Source: Podarcis vaucheri
Lineage: Eukaryota
Assembly: GCA_965113315.1 (NCBI GenBank)
Contig: OZ220364.1
Length of the DNA: 64,000 nucleotides
Direction: 5' to 3' (one strand)
Shown piece after piece: positions 1-12,189 of this stretch. Below the pieces are notes generated by a model. The model saw nothing but the letters and a program-made list of their open reading frames with translations. It was not told the DNA's origin and searched no databases. How positions within the stretch are numbered: position 1 is the first letter of the stretch; the number at the start of each line of letters is the position of its first letter. The position numbers were made by a program, and so were the translations under genes.

Positions 1-394
1 GGAACCATTCTTCAAAAGCTTGTTTTCAGTCCACATTCATAGCAGTGTTTTGCAGCTATCCAGCTATGTCTGCAGATTGGTGCAGTAGACTTGTCTCTGG
101 GCAAGTCCGGTCAGTGAGGGTGCACAGGATTCAATCCTCCATACAAAAAAATAAAAAAAATCTGTACACCTGCAAAACTAGATGTTAGGGGAAAGGGTTC
201 TAGTCTATTCTTCTCCCTCACATGTACAGTTTTTTGTATGAATATATATAAAGGAACATTCAGTCATGTGAGTCCCCGACTGCAGCTTGAAATGGTAGGT
301 CCAAGGGACAGGTTCACCTGTGTCAAGTGATGCATGTTAGAGGCAAAATAATCTTAATTTCACATATATGTACATGGGATCTGAGCTGACAGTA

Positions 395-665
395 GCTAGC
401 CAGGAATGAGATCTTGTGGTTGTGGTAGATAGCCAGATGAATATGCTGATTCATTGTGCAGCAGCTGTGAACGAGGTAAATTCCATGCTAGAGAACATTA
501 AGAAAGGAACTGAAAGCAAAGCTGCTGATATAATGCCATTATAACAAATCTATTGTGTAACGACCACAGTTGGAATACTGTGTACAGTTCTGGTTGTCTC
601 GCTACGATAAGGATATTGTAGTGTAGGAGAAGTTTCAATAAAGGGCAGCCAAAGTGATCAAAATA
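395..665 (+). mobile_element. Old CR1 ORF2 3' fragment
   Basis: Degenerate similarity to the CR1 at 45.8 kb (ggaatactgtgtacagttctgg, agggcagccaaagtgatcaa); boundaries approximate. Confidence 0.7.
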
Positions 666-2511
666 ATTTGTTGCTCCCTCTGACCTTTTTGTTGTTGTTG
701 GCTAAAGATCTCCAGCATAGGAGAAACAAAGCTCCAAAAACAAAGAAGGTATTCAGGAGTTGCTTGTGGTTCCTTTTTCTACTGCAGGTAGAGGCCAGAG
801 GTGAATAGAAATATTGACTGACCTGCTTTTTTGTTTTCCTTTACTGTTTTTCATCTTGGTGTGGCTTTTAGGTCTCAAATGCCATGTGTGCAGGAGTTCA
901 GTATCACAACTGCAGCAGCAGAAGCCCAGGGCAAGAATCCAGTATATGTCCTCAAAAGATGATAAGGAAAGTGCAAGCCAAGCAAGGAACTGATAGTGAG
1001 GTTCATGGCACAGGTAGTGCTTAGCTCAGGGTACAGTTCAGCTAGATCTCTGGACCCTGTAAACCTCTTGGCATACACGTAGCTTGTGGAACTAGGAAAC
1101 AGGAGCTTTCCAGCTGGCCTCATGCATAAGGGAACTCATGCATATGAAGAGATGAGATGAAATGCTTAAAATATTAGTTCTTCTTGAAGGATGTTTATTC
1201 ACCACAGAAATATAGGCTCCTTGCTCCACTTATTCACTGACCACAAGGTTCTGCTGATTTTAAGTATTACATTTCTCCAGCAACATTCCCCCCGCTCCCT
1301 TTAAGGATTTAAGACTTGTTAGGATTTGTTCACTGGGGCTTTTATTCACAGATTGTTCACCATGTACATAATTTCAGCACTTGTTTTCATTAGGGCAACT
1401 TTTGCAATCACAGTCTAACCAGCCCTCTAAATTGAAATGGCCATATCAGTCAATTTTAATGGAACATTTTTTTTAAAACCCTGACAGACAATGACCATCA
1501 ACCCTATGCTTAGAAAGGGTTTCATATTTGGGTTTCTTCAGAGGACACCAAACCCTTCTGTCCCCAAGAACCCTGTTCTGAAACCCCCGGCACAGTGACT
1601 TGCTGTGGACACAGAAGTTCCTAAGATCTTCCAGAGTTTCCACTCCCAGAAGGTGCCCCCTTTTACTTCTGAATGGAGGAGAGTGGCAGATCTGCATATC
1701 CACTGATCTGGGACGGGTTCTGTTTTGATGGGAATGGGAAGCCAATGCAGAAAAAGCACATCAGAAGTCAACAGAGCATATTTTAAACTGCAGAGAGCTA
1801 AATGTGAACCCAGCAGATCAGCAATACACATCTTCTCCTTCAAAGGACTTAATGCTATGCTAATCACCACCCAAGCTTTATTTCCATCACCAGAGATTGG
1901 CTTAATTATGCAGGAGTTATGTTTGCAAGGCAATGGATTCCATTTGATTTGCTTCAAGCGAACAATAAAAGCAAAAAGAATCACCCAGCACTTTTAGCTT
2001 TTCATGCTGTCAAACAAATTAACACAACTATACTCAATACAAACAATTGCTTACCAAGAGGGCTGCAAAACAGAATCTAAGGGGAGTTGTACAGCACATG
2101 ATAACAGAGTTTGGAGCCCTTCAAAGAAAATGTTTTGACAGGACGGCACAAAGGATTTTGATTGGCTGCTTATATGTTTTGTTCAACATTTTGTAGTTCC
2201 ATTATTATTACACATATCAAAATACAGGGAACGGGAAACAAAAGTAGTCCAGACATTTTCCAAACAAAAAACTATCAAACAGATCCCGCCCCCTTCAAAC
2301 ACTAAAGCCAGCAGGTAGAGTGTGCCTACTCTACCTAAATGAGCACCCACAGAGTGCTTTTTCTGAACTGAGACATCATCAAATCCCACTAGATTTCTTT
2401 TGCAACTCAGTTCCACCAGACAGCTCCAAAGCATTCCTCCTGTTTTGTATCTTCCTGTTTCTATAGCCAGTGAACCTGGGTGAGATCTTGTTTCTTATTA
2501 CAGTAGTTTCA

Positions 2512-2531
2512 TCATTTCTGAACGTCTGGAC
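2512..2531 (-). CDS. TRIM-like putative terminal coding exon (GPDVQK*)
   Basis: tttcttcctcttctaaag| acceptor, followed by tandem TGA TGA in phase 1; gives a ~400-aa protein. Confidence 0.35.
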
Positions 2532-2557
2532 CTTTAGAAGAGGAAGAAAGGCTGCTA

Positions 2558-2582
2558 TCATCATCATCATCATCATCATCAT
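2558..2582. repeat. (ATC)n microsatellite
   Basis: Direct reading. Confidence 0.9.
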
Positions 2583-3127
2583 TTCTAGCTGCTCATTATC
2601 AACACTTTTTAAAAAAACCAAGCCCAGAACTTTCCACATTTTTCTTCTTTCTTCTAAACCAAGTCTTCAGCTCATCATAAGATAGGGATCAGTAACCTGC
2701 TACTGCCAGGGTGGGCAGAAGGCAGTTGGTGGGCCACTGGCTAATTTCTGATCAGAAGCAGATTGACTTTTATGGTAATGAGAGAAAGACAGTTTGGAGT
2801 CTTAACTTGGACAAACCTTTGAAAGGGCCCTGCATGGTGCTCTAAACAAGATAAATAACTACACCAGATCTAGCTACATTCCAGCTGGAAGTATTCCATA
2901 AAGATCACTTAAGGAGACACAAAAGGAGACAAAGCTGTGATTCCAAGTATCTGCAGGGCAGACAGTACCAGAATAAGCCATAAGGTTGCAGCCTACAATT
3001 TTGAAAATATTGTTCCTTGAGGTTTTTATCACTAAAAAGATGTCAAAACATTGAAATAGTGGGGACCTTGGACAGACAATTCAGTGGTCAGTTGTTCATA
3101 GTTCATGGTTTATTCTGTTTTGCTTAC

Positions 3128-3196
3128 CTGGGTTTTCTCCAGATATATCCCTAGTGAGTGGTGGTGGTGATGATGGGAAGACTTTGCAAATCACAT
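3128..3196 (-). CDS. TRIM-like putative exon 8 (DVICKVFPSSPPPLTRDISGENP), 69 nt
   Basis: ttttgtttcaatcag| and |gtaagc; phase 1/1, open. Confidence 0.45.
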
Positions 3197-3743
3197 CTGA
3201 TTGAAACAAAAGGAATAGCTAGTTGAACGTGTTTATCATTAGCAGAGGACAATGAACGCCATAAACCCATCCATGTACAGCTATTCGCACCTAGCCTGAT
3301 CAAACACACTTCTCATTTAATTCAAGTAAGTGTTACATTTATTCTATCATTATCAATGTTCCATAATATTAGGAGTGTATCTGCCTTGTTTGGTGTAACT
3401 CTAAAAGTAACTGTGCATGAAGTTTGGTGTAAGAGCCATGAGCACATTTCAAAGCTGCAGTACATCATGGAATTTTTGGAAGATACAGAAAAAGCAGGCA
3501 TATTTGCTTCAGTATGAATAGCGGCAAATGCTTTTATAAAATTGTAGGTAGGTCTACAGTTTGCTACTAGTTTTGAAACAATTGCAACCCCCATTTAATA
3601 AGTTTCCTACCTGCTCTATCATCATCACACAGGATTCATTGTCCGAACTACATTTTATAAGGTGTTGGCAGCATAATTTTGGAGAAGGTGAGGTGACATA
3701 GACTAGCATCTTGAAAATTATTAGTAATGTTTCAAACACTTAC

Positions 3744-3775
3744 CATCAAGAGAGAACTCAGCAGCTGGGATTGTC
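3744..3775 (-). CDS. TRIM-like putative exon 7 (TIPAAEFSLD), 32 nt
   Basis: ctcttttctcacaag| and |gtaagt; phase 2/1 compatible. Confidence 0.45.
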
Positions 3776-4842
3776 CTTGTGAGAAAAGAGAATAATGGGT
3801 ATCAGTGGAAAGAAAAACATAAGAGGAAGCAGCAGATGAAAAGTCACACAAAGGTGGGAAAACATCCTAGAAATCGTAACACTACACCCGCAATGCTTTC
3901 TGCACTTACCTGAGAGTAAGTCCCATTGAGTTAAATGAGATTGACTTCTGAGTAGAATGCATAGGATTTCATTGCACTTTGGTTATAGCTTTTTACCGTC
4001 CCGTTGCATTGTATCTTGTGAAAAGGGCATTCTGCTGACTTAATTCAGATTTTAAAAAGGCTTCAATAATTGCTTTAAAGGGGAAACGTAACCTGCCCAC
4101 ATGCAAAATGCAATTTTAATACCCCTACAACACACATTATTCACCTCTTTGCTAAGCAAAGTTGCTCTAGACATATGTCCCATTGAATTCAACAGCATTG
4201 CAGCATCGACTTAAAACACAATGCAATTCAACAGAGGTGGTTCACACAAAGCCGTTGTCATTCTTGGTTGATGGGCTGGGGGGGTTGCACTCTCTGCATG
4301 AGCCCAGTGTCCATGTGGACAGAATAACATACATAAAGAAGCTTGCACATGTATGTAGGCATGATACACACTGTGTACACAGATCATGCAAATCCCATCT
4401 AAGCTGCATTTCTTAACTCCTTGCTCCTGGTGTAGATCTTCACTCAGCCCTTCTTCCCTGACAGGGAAGGGGACACCATTTTGCAGCTTGTCTCAGGTGC
4501 AAAAATGTCTTGGACTTGCTCGGCTAGTGTCTATTGAATGCTTAGCTTATTTCAACACTAAATAGAGTTACATGAATTGCAGGAATCCTGTCCCACTCTT
4601 GGTCTTTGTTTTTTTTTTTTAAAAAAAATGTGGATTGCACTGTGTTTTGTGATCCTTCTTCATGTGTTTTATCAGGAAATAATCAACTAGGTTCTTCTTT
4701 TGTGAAGAAAGGTATGGGGAACCCATGACAGTCATCTGAAGTATTAATTCCTGTGCTGTTCATTTCCTAAACTGAAGCACAAATGAATGGAAAACCCAGT
4801 GCTGGATGTGAGGCACAGACTGAAAGACAAAAAGGGATTTAC

Positions 4843-4873
4843 CTGCTCCACTGTGTTTGGCTAATGATTTTAC
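4843..4873 (-). CDS. TRIM-like putative exon 6 (GKIISQTQWSR), 31 nt
   Basis: Strong pyrimidine tract with catag|, |gtaaat donor; phase 1/2 compatible. Confidence 0.55.
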
Positions 4874-5134
4874 CTATGAAGAGTAAGAAAACAGGACAAG
4901 ACAGCTGATTCATGCAAAACCACTCTTGTAATCAGGAACTGTTTCTGCAAGACCCATTTCCAGGACAGATTTGGCATGATGAGGCTTCGGAAGCAAACCG
5001 CCTCAAGAGATCCCATAGGTGTGATTCAGCATGTCATTTGTGAAATTACATTCAGAACAAGGTAATGAATCATAACACCAGGAGATGATGCAAGTTCAAG
5101 GCAGGTAAGACTTGGATGTTCTCCTTGTTCTAAA

Positions 5135-5258
5135 GCAGGGGTAGCCAACATGGTGCCCTTGAGTTGTTCTTGGGTTACAATTTCCACCATCCCTGGTCAC
5201 TGGCAGTGTGGGATGGGCAGATGGGAGCTGTACTGGCATCACGTTGCCTACCTCTGCT
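5135..5258. mobile_element. Palindromic hAT-like MITE (same class as 27754; further copies near 8305-8380, 16560-16690 and 46575-46670)
   Basis: cagggg-tagccaac...gttgcctacctctg termini; tcccaccatcc/gatgggag core. Confidence 0.6.
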
Positions 5259-6339
5259 TTAAGGAACCCAACAGCACACACAGTTAAGGGATGGATCAGT
5301 CTGTTTCTGGTCCATGATTTTGCATGTGTTCATTCACAAGTTTATTCTGAGTCATTTCTAAATTAATATTTGAATATGTTTTTAAAACTCCACTCTAAAG
5401 TTTGAATTTAAATGCATATTTAAACCCAGTACATAATTATTAAATACAGAGTTAAATAATTTAAATACATAATTAAATAGTATTTTGTCACAAAATGAGT
5501 ATTTTATCTCAGTGAATGTATTTCTGTATGTATCTTAATCTGAAAGAGGTGTCCTAAATGCATTTTGGTACATGTTTGAGCCAAGAACAGTACTGCAAAA
5601 TCCAGAGAAGTGTGGAATCTGAAGCAGACATTTGAGTGAAGCTGTTTGCTTTTGGAGAGTTTGCCATAAGGTCCTGGAGAAAAAGTGAGGCTGACTCCTT
5701 TGAGAAGATAATTCTCTAGCACTCACCTATGTCTTAATATTTCCAGTTTGTGTGGTTAATAATAGCTAGGTTTAGTCCCATAAAGGTGGCGGCAGGAGTG
5801 TCTAATAGTCTCTGTCGCTTAGGAGTTAAATAGTTCCACACCAGCCCAGGATCTGACCCACATACCAGCAGACAGAACCTTCATATGCAGTCAGCTATGA
5901 GGATAAATGAAATGTCTAATAGGGATTCTGCATCACCAAACATTTGGAAGGGATGAAATATCCAAAAACAAACAAGGTAAAGAAAATCTGTCCCATGAGT
6001 CCCTTAGTTGTTATACTGCTGTGACCGATCATCAAAATCTTTTTAGATAAATTGCAAAGGGTATTTAACCTATATTATATTTTGTATCTTTGAGTAAGCA
6101 GATGAAATTAGACTATGCCCTATAATCAAGTCAATGAAAAATGTGCAGCATGGAAATAGGGTAATTCAAGTTGCTATATATAGCAGATGTGTATCTAGCA
6201 GGAGAATGTGCATACTGCTTGTGCACATATATCAAAGTGCATAATCTCTAGTTATTACTCACATATCAGCATATTCACTGTAATTTATATAGCTTACTTA
6301 ACACTGCTGGGAGAGGTGTTCTTTGGTACGTTCACTTAC

Positions 6340-6476
6340 CATGTACTACTTGCATCAGGGCGTCTAGGTTGGTGATATACATGGCTGTGTGACTTCTGAC
6401 ATCCTGAATGTCTGACTGATCCAGATGCACTGTCAGCACTTCCACACTGTCATTGCTGAAATTCTGTTTCTTAATC
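6340..6476 (-). CDS. TRIM-like exon 5 (IKKQNFSNDSVEVLTVHLD...LMQVVH), 137 nt
   Basis: ctag| and |gtaagt; open in the phase set by exon 4. Confidence 0.78.
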
Positions 6477-7433
6477 CTAGCATGTACAAGAGGTCATTCC
6501 ACCAACCACGCAACCAAACAACCTACCAAACATCACCCCTGATTGTAATGTCTGTCACTCCTAAGGGCAAATACTAAGTTAACCTATGGATAGTGTACAG
6601 ATAGAAGAGGTTGTGTATGTTGTTGCTTTTGAGTGAAATTCCAATGGTGCCCTTGCACTCACAGGAAGGGGTCTGTTTCGGCAGAGTTGTCCACTAGTGG
6701 AAGAAGTGGGGAGGAAATTTTTGCTGATTTCCCCTGTCAGGGGCCCTCTAATGCCAACCAGGATGGGGCAGAGCTGACAGGGTGCGGAGATTGGGGGTAG
6801 GGAAAGCTCAAGCACTGACTTGGATGAGTCTTTTGCCCCATAGTTTCCAGACACCACAGAAAGGGAATTGGGACCGTCTGAGTCAGTCCCCGTTCCATCT
6901 TCTGAGCGTGGGGTGTGGGTTAACTGGACTCATATACCCAACATGCTTGTCCAATTAATGCATGAAGGGGTTAATACCACAGAGTAAGCTGTCCTGCCAG
7001 GCTTAGTTATGTCATTTTCCTTACCTTGGGAGGAAATAGGTAATTGAGCCTATTGTCCCCCTCCCCTACACGAGAAGCTCAAAGTGTGAAGAGGCTTGAA
7101 CTGGTTGCTCCAGTCCAACCGCACGGCTCTCACCAGCTAATCTTGAGTTCCTATACCAATAATCTAGGAACTAGATGCCACATATCATTAGCACAATTAT
7201 CCAAAATGGTCCCGTTATTGCTACTGTAGAGGCAAAAGCACATTCCTGAAGGTAGGGAAGCTAATACTTTCAGAAGATGTAGGAGGAAGAGAAAAGACTC
7301 CCATCATGCCAAGCTTCTCATTACCTGGCAATGAGTCCATTCAGTGGACCACCATATGAAACCACGTACATGTGGAGAGCAGCGTAGTCTATGTGACAGG
7401 CAAACGAAGGGGAATGTGTGATGTGCAACTTAC

Positions 7434-7456
7434 CTCTCTTGGGCTAGCTGAAAATC
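7434..7456 (-). CDS. TRIM-like exon 4 (DFQLAQER), 23 nt
   Basis: tttctgtag| and |gtaagt; a 23-nt phase 0/2 micro-exon is typical of TRIM genes. Confidence 0.82.
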
Positions 7457-7567
7457 CTACAGAAAGACAAAAAGAAAACAAGAAATTGTTTTTATTGCAC
7501 GCAGAGAAAGGGGGGGCATCCAGCAAATGAGACTTTGCTAACTTGAAGGGGAGAAAAAGCTGCTCAC

Positions 7568-7801
7568 CTTGAGGAAGAGGCAAGCATCTGTTTTCTCTGT
7601 TAGTGCTTGTAGCTCCCGAAGGCCCTGGGCAGCCATGTCCCTCTTGTCTGCCACTTGCTTCTTCAGAGCCGCCATGTCAGCCAGCTGCTTTTTCTCACTG
7701 GACTGGATGTCACCTAGGATCTGCTTCTCCTTCTGATCTACCTGAGACTTGATCTCTTGGAAGATTCTGGAGAGCTGATCTGTCAACGTTTTCTTATTGT
7801 T
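7568..7801 (-). CDS. TRIM-like exon 3, coiled coil (NNKKTLTDQLSRIFQEIK...TDACLFLK), 234 nt
   Basis: ttag| and |gtgagc; heptad-like E/K/Q-rich helix; typical 231-234-nt TRIM exon. Confidence 0.9.
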
Positions 7802-9248
7802 CTAAGGAAAGAAAGATGGCAACTTTTTATTACAGTTGAATTGTTGGACTTAGGGCATAAACCCGGGGTGTCTTGAGCAATACTTCCCTATCTGGGCTAA
7901 AAAGGATTGTTAGCTCCGTGGTCACAGTCCCTCCCCTGTTCATAAAACTCCAGTAGGAAAAAAACATTATTTTAAAAGGTGTGGGGACTATATATGTCAG
8001 ATAACATTTTTATAGTGAAAAATGACATATCGCTTCCGCAAAACAGGCCACCAAGCTATCAAGTATATAGCTCTCAGCAACCTCCCAAGTATGTTGCCAG
8101 TCACTCTGAAAAGCACTGTGGGCATCAGCCCCTCCGAAGATCACACCAAAGTATTCTTGCCTCAGTTATCCTGTGGCTGCCACCACTGAGTAATGTGCAG
8201 TGCAAACTTATGCATATATACTCAACAGTAAGTCCCATATGAGTGTGCATAGGACTTCAGCTTGAATGTCAACAGAGCTTTTTAATTCTCAGATCCTAAT
8301 ACAACCTCCCCCAACCGGGTGTCATCAGCCTCAGCTAGCCTATCTCTCCTGTCTGGTGCTGCTGGGAGTTGTAGTTCAGTTGTAATGGTTTACCCACTGA
8401 CACCTTGGCTGGGATCTCTTGCTTGTTCCCTGGCTTGACTTTGGCTTCCTTACCATTGGGTGCTCTTTTTCTCATGCCCTGCTGGTTTCCCAGCAACTGA
8501 AGCACATGCACCAAAGTAGGACCAGAAGCTCACATCTCACCAGTCTTCTGTTGTGGCAGAAAAGGTTGCCTGATATGCAGGGCTGTGCAGAGGCAGGGGG
8601 TAGCCCTTGTCCTGGGCCTTGGAGAGCTAAGCTGGCCAGGGCCCCCTGTCAGGGCCCAGCCACTGGCAGAGGAAGAGGAGTGCGGGGGGAGCGCATCGCC
8701 CCTGGCAGCGTGTTCCTGGTGGGGTGCCATCACGGCTGCCCCCGCCTGTGCTGGGCACCACACCACCGCAGGCAGCGTGCCACGCCCCCAGGACACACGC
8801 CAGCCCCGCCCCCACCTATCCTCCACCACCCCACCCCCGGTGCCGGAGCATGAAGCTCCGCCACTGGGCCCAGCTGCTTTTCTGTTTGAGTTTTTAACTT
8901 TATTCTAACAAGACTCCCACCCCAGGCCTCAGACAAGCTCTGGGTGGGTCTGTGATATGAAGTGCTGCCTTGGAAGCCCCCTAGTATCTGTTAGTGGTCA
9001 CACACTCTTAACCAGGGAGAGCCCATGTTTTCGGGTACTTGTCCCTGGTAAACTACTGTCTTTCTTTTGTCCCTACCTTGGCTGTTAGGTAGGTTTTAGG
9101 GATGCCTGAAAGTGCACATACACATACACTAGAGTTGCCATTTTTAAAAAACCCAGTCCTTCCTCTGAGGTTAAGTATCTGAAGAGGGTGTAGAAACACA
9201 TGCCTGTCCAGACAGTAAATAGAAGGTGCACTAACTAAATCTGTGTCC

Positions 9249-9702
9249 NNNNNNNNNNNNNNNNNNNNNNNNNNNNNNNNNNNNNNNNNNNNNNNNNNNN
9301 NNNNNNNNNNNNNNNNNNNNNNNNNNNNNNNNNNNNNNNNNNNNNNNNNNNNNNNNNNNNNNNNNNNNNNNNNNNNNNNNNNNNNNNNNNNNNNNNNNNN
9401 NNNNNNNNNNNNNNNNNNNNNNNNNNNNNNNNNNNNNNNNNNNNNNNNNNNNNNNNNNNNNNNNNNNNNNNNNNNNNNNNNNNNNNNNNNNNNNNNNNNN
9501 NNNNNNNNNNNNNNNNNNNNNNNNNNNNNNNNNNNNNNNNNNNNNNNNNNNNNNNNNNNNNNNNNNNNNNNNNNNNNNNNNNNNNNNNNNNNNNNNNNNN
9601 NNNNNNNNNNNNNNNNNNNNNNNNNNNNNNNNNNNNNNNNNNNNNNNNNNNNNNNNNNNNNNNNNNNNNNNNNNNNNNNNNNNNNNNNNNNNNNNNNNNN
9701 NN
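9249..9702. other. Assembly gap (454 N) in TRIM intron 2
   Basis: Run of N. Confidence 1.
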
Positions 9703-9840
9703 AGTCACTGGCCAAAAGTGCTGCATAGTTAAAATGAAAAGATTGGGGAGCTGGATGGAGAAGCATATTGGAGACACATTCATTATTTTCCACCTGGGAC
9801 CTGAGAGTGATGCATGGCATCATGAAGTTACAGCACAAAC

Positions 9841-9936
9841 CTTTATCTGATCCTCACTTTTCTGAAGCTGTAGGAGTGTCTTCTTTGTGGCAGTTTTGTA
9901 TTCCTGCATTGATTTCATAATCCGTGAGAGAATTGC
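9841..9936 (-). CDS. TRIM-like exon 2, coiled coil (AILSRIMKSMQEYKTATKKTLLQLQKSEDQIK), 96 nt
   Basis: cag| and |gtttgt; a 96-nt phase 0/0 exon is typical of TRIM coiled-coil exons. Confidence 0.87.
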
Positions 9937-9984
9937 CTGATTAAGAGAAGAACAGAAGGGAAATCACAGAACTGTACATTTCAG

Positions 9985-10600
9985 TAAGTTTATTTGGTAG
10001 ATTAATCAACTACAGCAGAGGTTCCAATACTGATCCTTGGGGGACTCTACTTTCTACTTCTTTCCATTTGAAGAACTGTCCATTTATTCCTATTCTTTGC
10101 TTCTTGCAACTTAACCAATTCCTGACCCACAAGAGGACTTCTCTTATTTCTTGACTGCTTATTTCTTGACTCAAGAATCTTCGGTGAGATACTTCATCAA
10201 ACATTTTTAGAAAGTCCAGGAATGCTATGTCAACCAGATCACCTCTGTGTATATGCTTGCTGACACTCTTGTTGACACCCTCATGGGTTTGTGAGACAGG
10301 ATTTTCCCTTGCAGAAGCCATGCTAGCTCTGCTTCAGCAGGGCTTGTTCTTTTATGTGCTTGGTTAGTTCATCTTTAACAATACTTTTCACCAGCTTTCC
10401 AGAGACTGACGTTAAGCTAACTGGCCTGTAATTTCCAGGACCACCCCCCTAATTCCTTTTTTAAAACTGCCGTTGCATTAGCTACTTCCCAGTCTTCTGG
10501 TATGGAGATTGATCCGAGGGACATATTTCTGTTTTGAAGACCAGCAATTTCACATTTGAGTTCCTTGAGAACTCTCAGGTGGCTGCCATGCATCCTGGCA
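9985..10600 (-). mobile_element. CR1 LINE RT fragment, decayed
   Basis: VDIAFLDF..FDEVSH..WVRNWL..QRIGING..VPQGSVL RT motifs in ORF 10010..10321; boundaries approximate. Confidence 0.88.
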
Positions 10601-11628
10601 AGGATGCTTGTGGTTGCATTTTGAGAATGGAATGCACATTGACTTGGAAATAACCCCCATTGAACTCCATTTGTATGTTTGGGCTGCCATGATGGTGAAT
10701 TTCTGCTTTATTTGTCTTTTCAAATAATATGTTGGGTCTTCTTCCCAAGTAGCTAGACTGCTAATGATTTAAAGCACAATCAAGTATGCAATTAAGTACA
10801 CAGAGGTGTTCCAATGCTCTTCTGTCCCCATATCCTGGTCAAAGTCCCACTAGCCTCAGCAGAACTTTTATTTTTTTATGTAATTTATTAAATTTTGTAA
10901 TTTTTTGTGTAATTTATCTCCTGCCCTTCCACCTGAAGGAGCCTAGGGCGGCAAACAACAAGCAAACAGAAAATTTGTTCTTCCAGAAACAGGCTGCAGG
11001 TTCTTACAGAAGGTCATAAATTAAAAGCAATGGCATTAGTTACCACTAACTTTTTTGCAAAATTGTGCTCTAATCTATCAGGTGTTCCCTGGGAAGGGCT
11101 GTTAACACACAGTGGGGTGTTTGTTAATCTTGGCTGGCATACTGCCATGCTCAGAGGGGGAGAAAAAGTCAATGATCAATGCCAGGAACTGTAATGCACA
11201 AACACATTGTCAAGCACGGAAATGAAGATACCTGCAGAAAGTGCTGAGGCTAAGCAAGGTCTATAGGTAGTCTCCACTGTTGGTTTGGTGTCATTTCTCA
11301 ATGGGACCTTCTGGGTGAAAAGCGCATGCTCTATCACAGTGAGCTACAGCCCTTCCCCTGACTACATATTTGTATAAATATATGCCTCACCATTAGAAAA
11401 ACACCCCGCAAGTATAATTTGCTACTCCTTAGTTATCAGGCATTGAATGCTACTTGATGCTTGATGTTTTTTGCTTCGTTTTCTCCCCCCAATACTATTT
11501 GTTTCAAAGTCTTGCAGGATCCCTTTCTTTACTTCCACATTCTGACATTCTATTTAAAACATCTCTCTCTGTTACATTTAATTGGAGGACCTTTTTGGAA
11601 CACTCCATGCCTGGTTGAAGCCCCTTAC

Positions 11629-12189
11629 CATCTGCTTGTCATACTCGTCCTTAAGGGCGACGACGCTGTGGCCGCTGTGGGAGCCAGTGGTGGAGCAGGC
11701 CTTGCAAACACACGCCAAGTCGTCTTGACAGAAGCATTCCAGCAGCATGGCATGCTCTGGGCATTTCTCCTCCTCCTGGGCTCCAGCGGTCCCAAGAGCC
11801 ACCAAAGCATGGTTCTTCTGGGTGGCCTTCGAATTGTGTTTCCTCAGGTGGTCTCGGCACAGGGACGCCTCACAGGTCAGACACTTCTTCTCCGCTGAGT
11901 GAGGTTTCCCTAGGCAGAAATCGCAGGGAATCATGATTCTCTTTCCTTTGAGCTTCCAAGGAGGCTTTTCCTTCTGAGGAGGCAGCGAGGAACTGGCAGC
12001 TCTCTGTTGACAACCTGGCATGAACCTTGAACACAGGGTAGGAGGTGCTGGCTTTGGACTCCTGCACTGTGTTCGGTATGCCCTGGGCAGAGTCCTAAGA
12101 GAACTCCTGCAGCCCCAGCTCAGGGACACAGGACGGCCATGTATGCCGTGTGTCACCATGCTCCAGCAGGTGGTTGTTTCAAATTCCAT
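11629..12189 (-). CDS. TRIM-like protein coding exon 1: degenerate RING remnant, B-box1 and B-box2
   Basis: CDFC..CLTCEASLCRDHLRKH..H (B-box1) and CPEH..ECFCQDD..CVCKAC..SHSGH (B-box2). First in-frame ATG at 12189 in a good Kozak context (the track's 12216 start is TTG); ATG|gtaagg donor. Confidence 0.88.

Noticed and set aside
1538-3594. ORFs 3322..3594 and 1538..1984 as a PRY-SPRY remnant
   Set aside because: Only faint resemblance (PAFSV, GTFWEW); no LDP.TA, YWEVE, GV or LDYE motifs in register.
9053-9838. Long ORFs containing X runs (also 38876-39177)
   Set aside because: Artefacts of assembly gaps.
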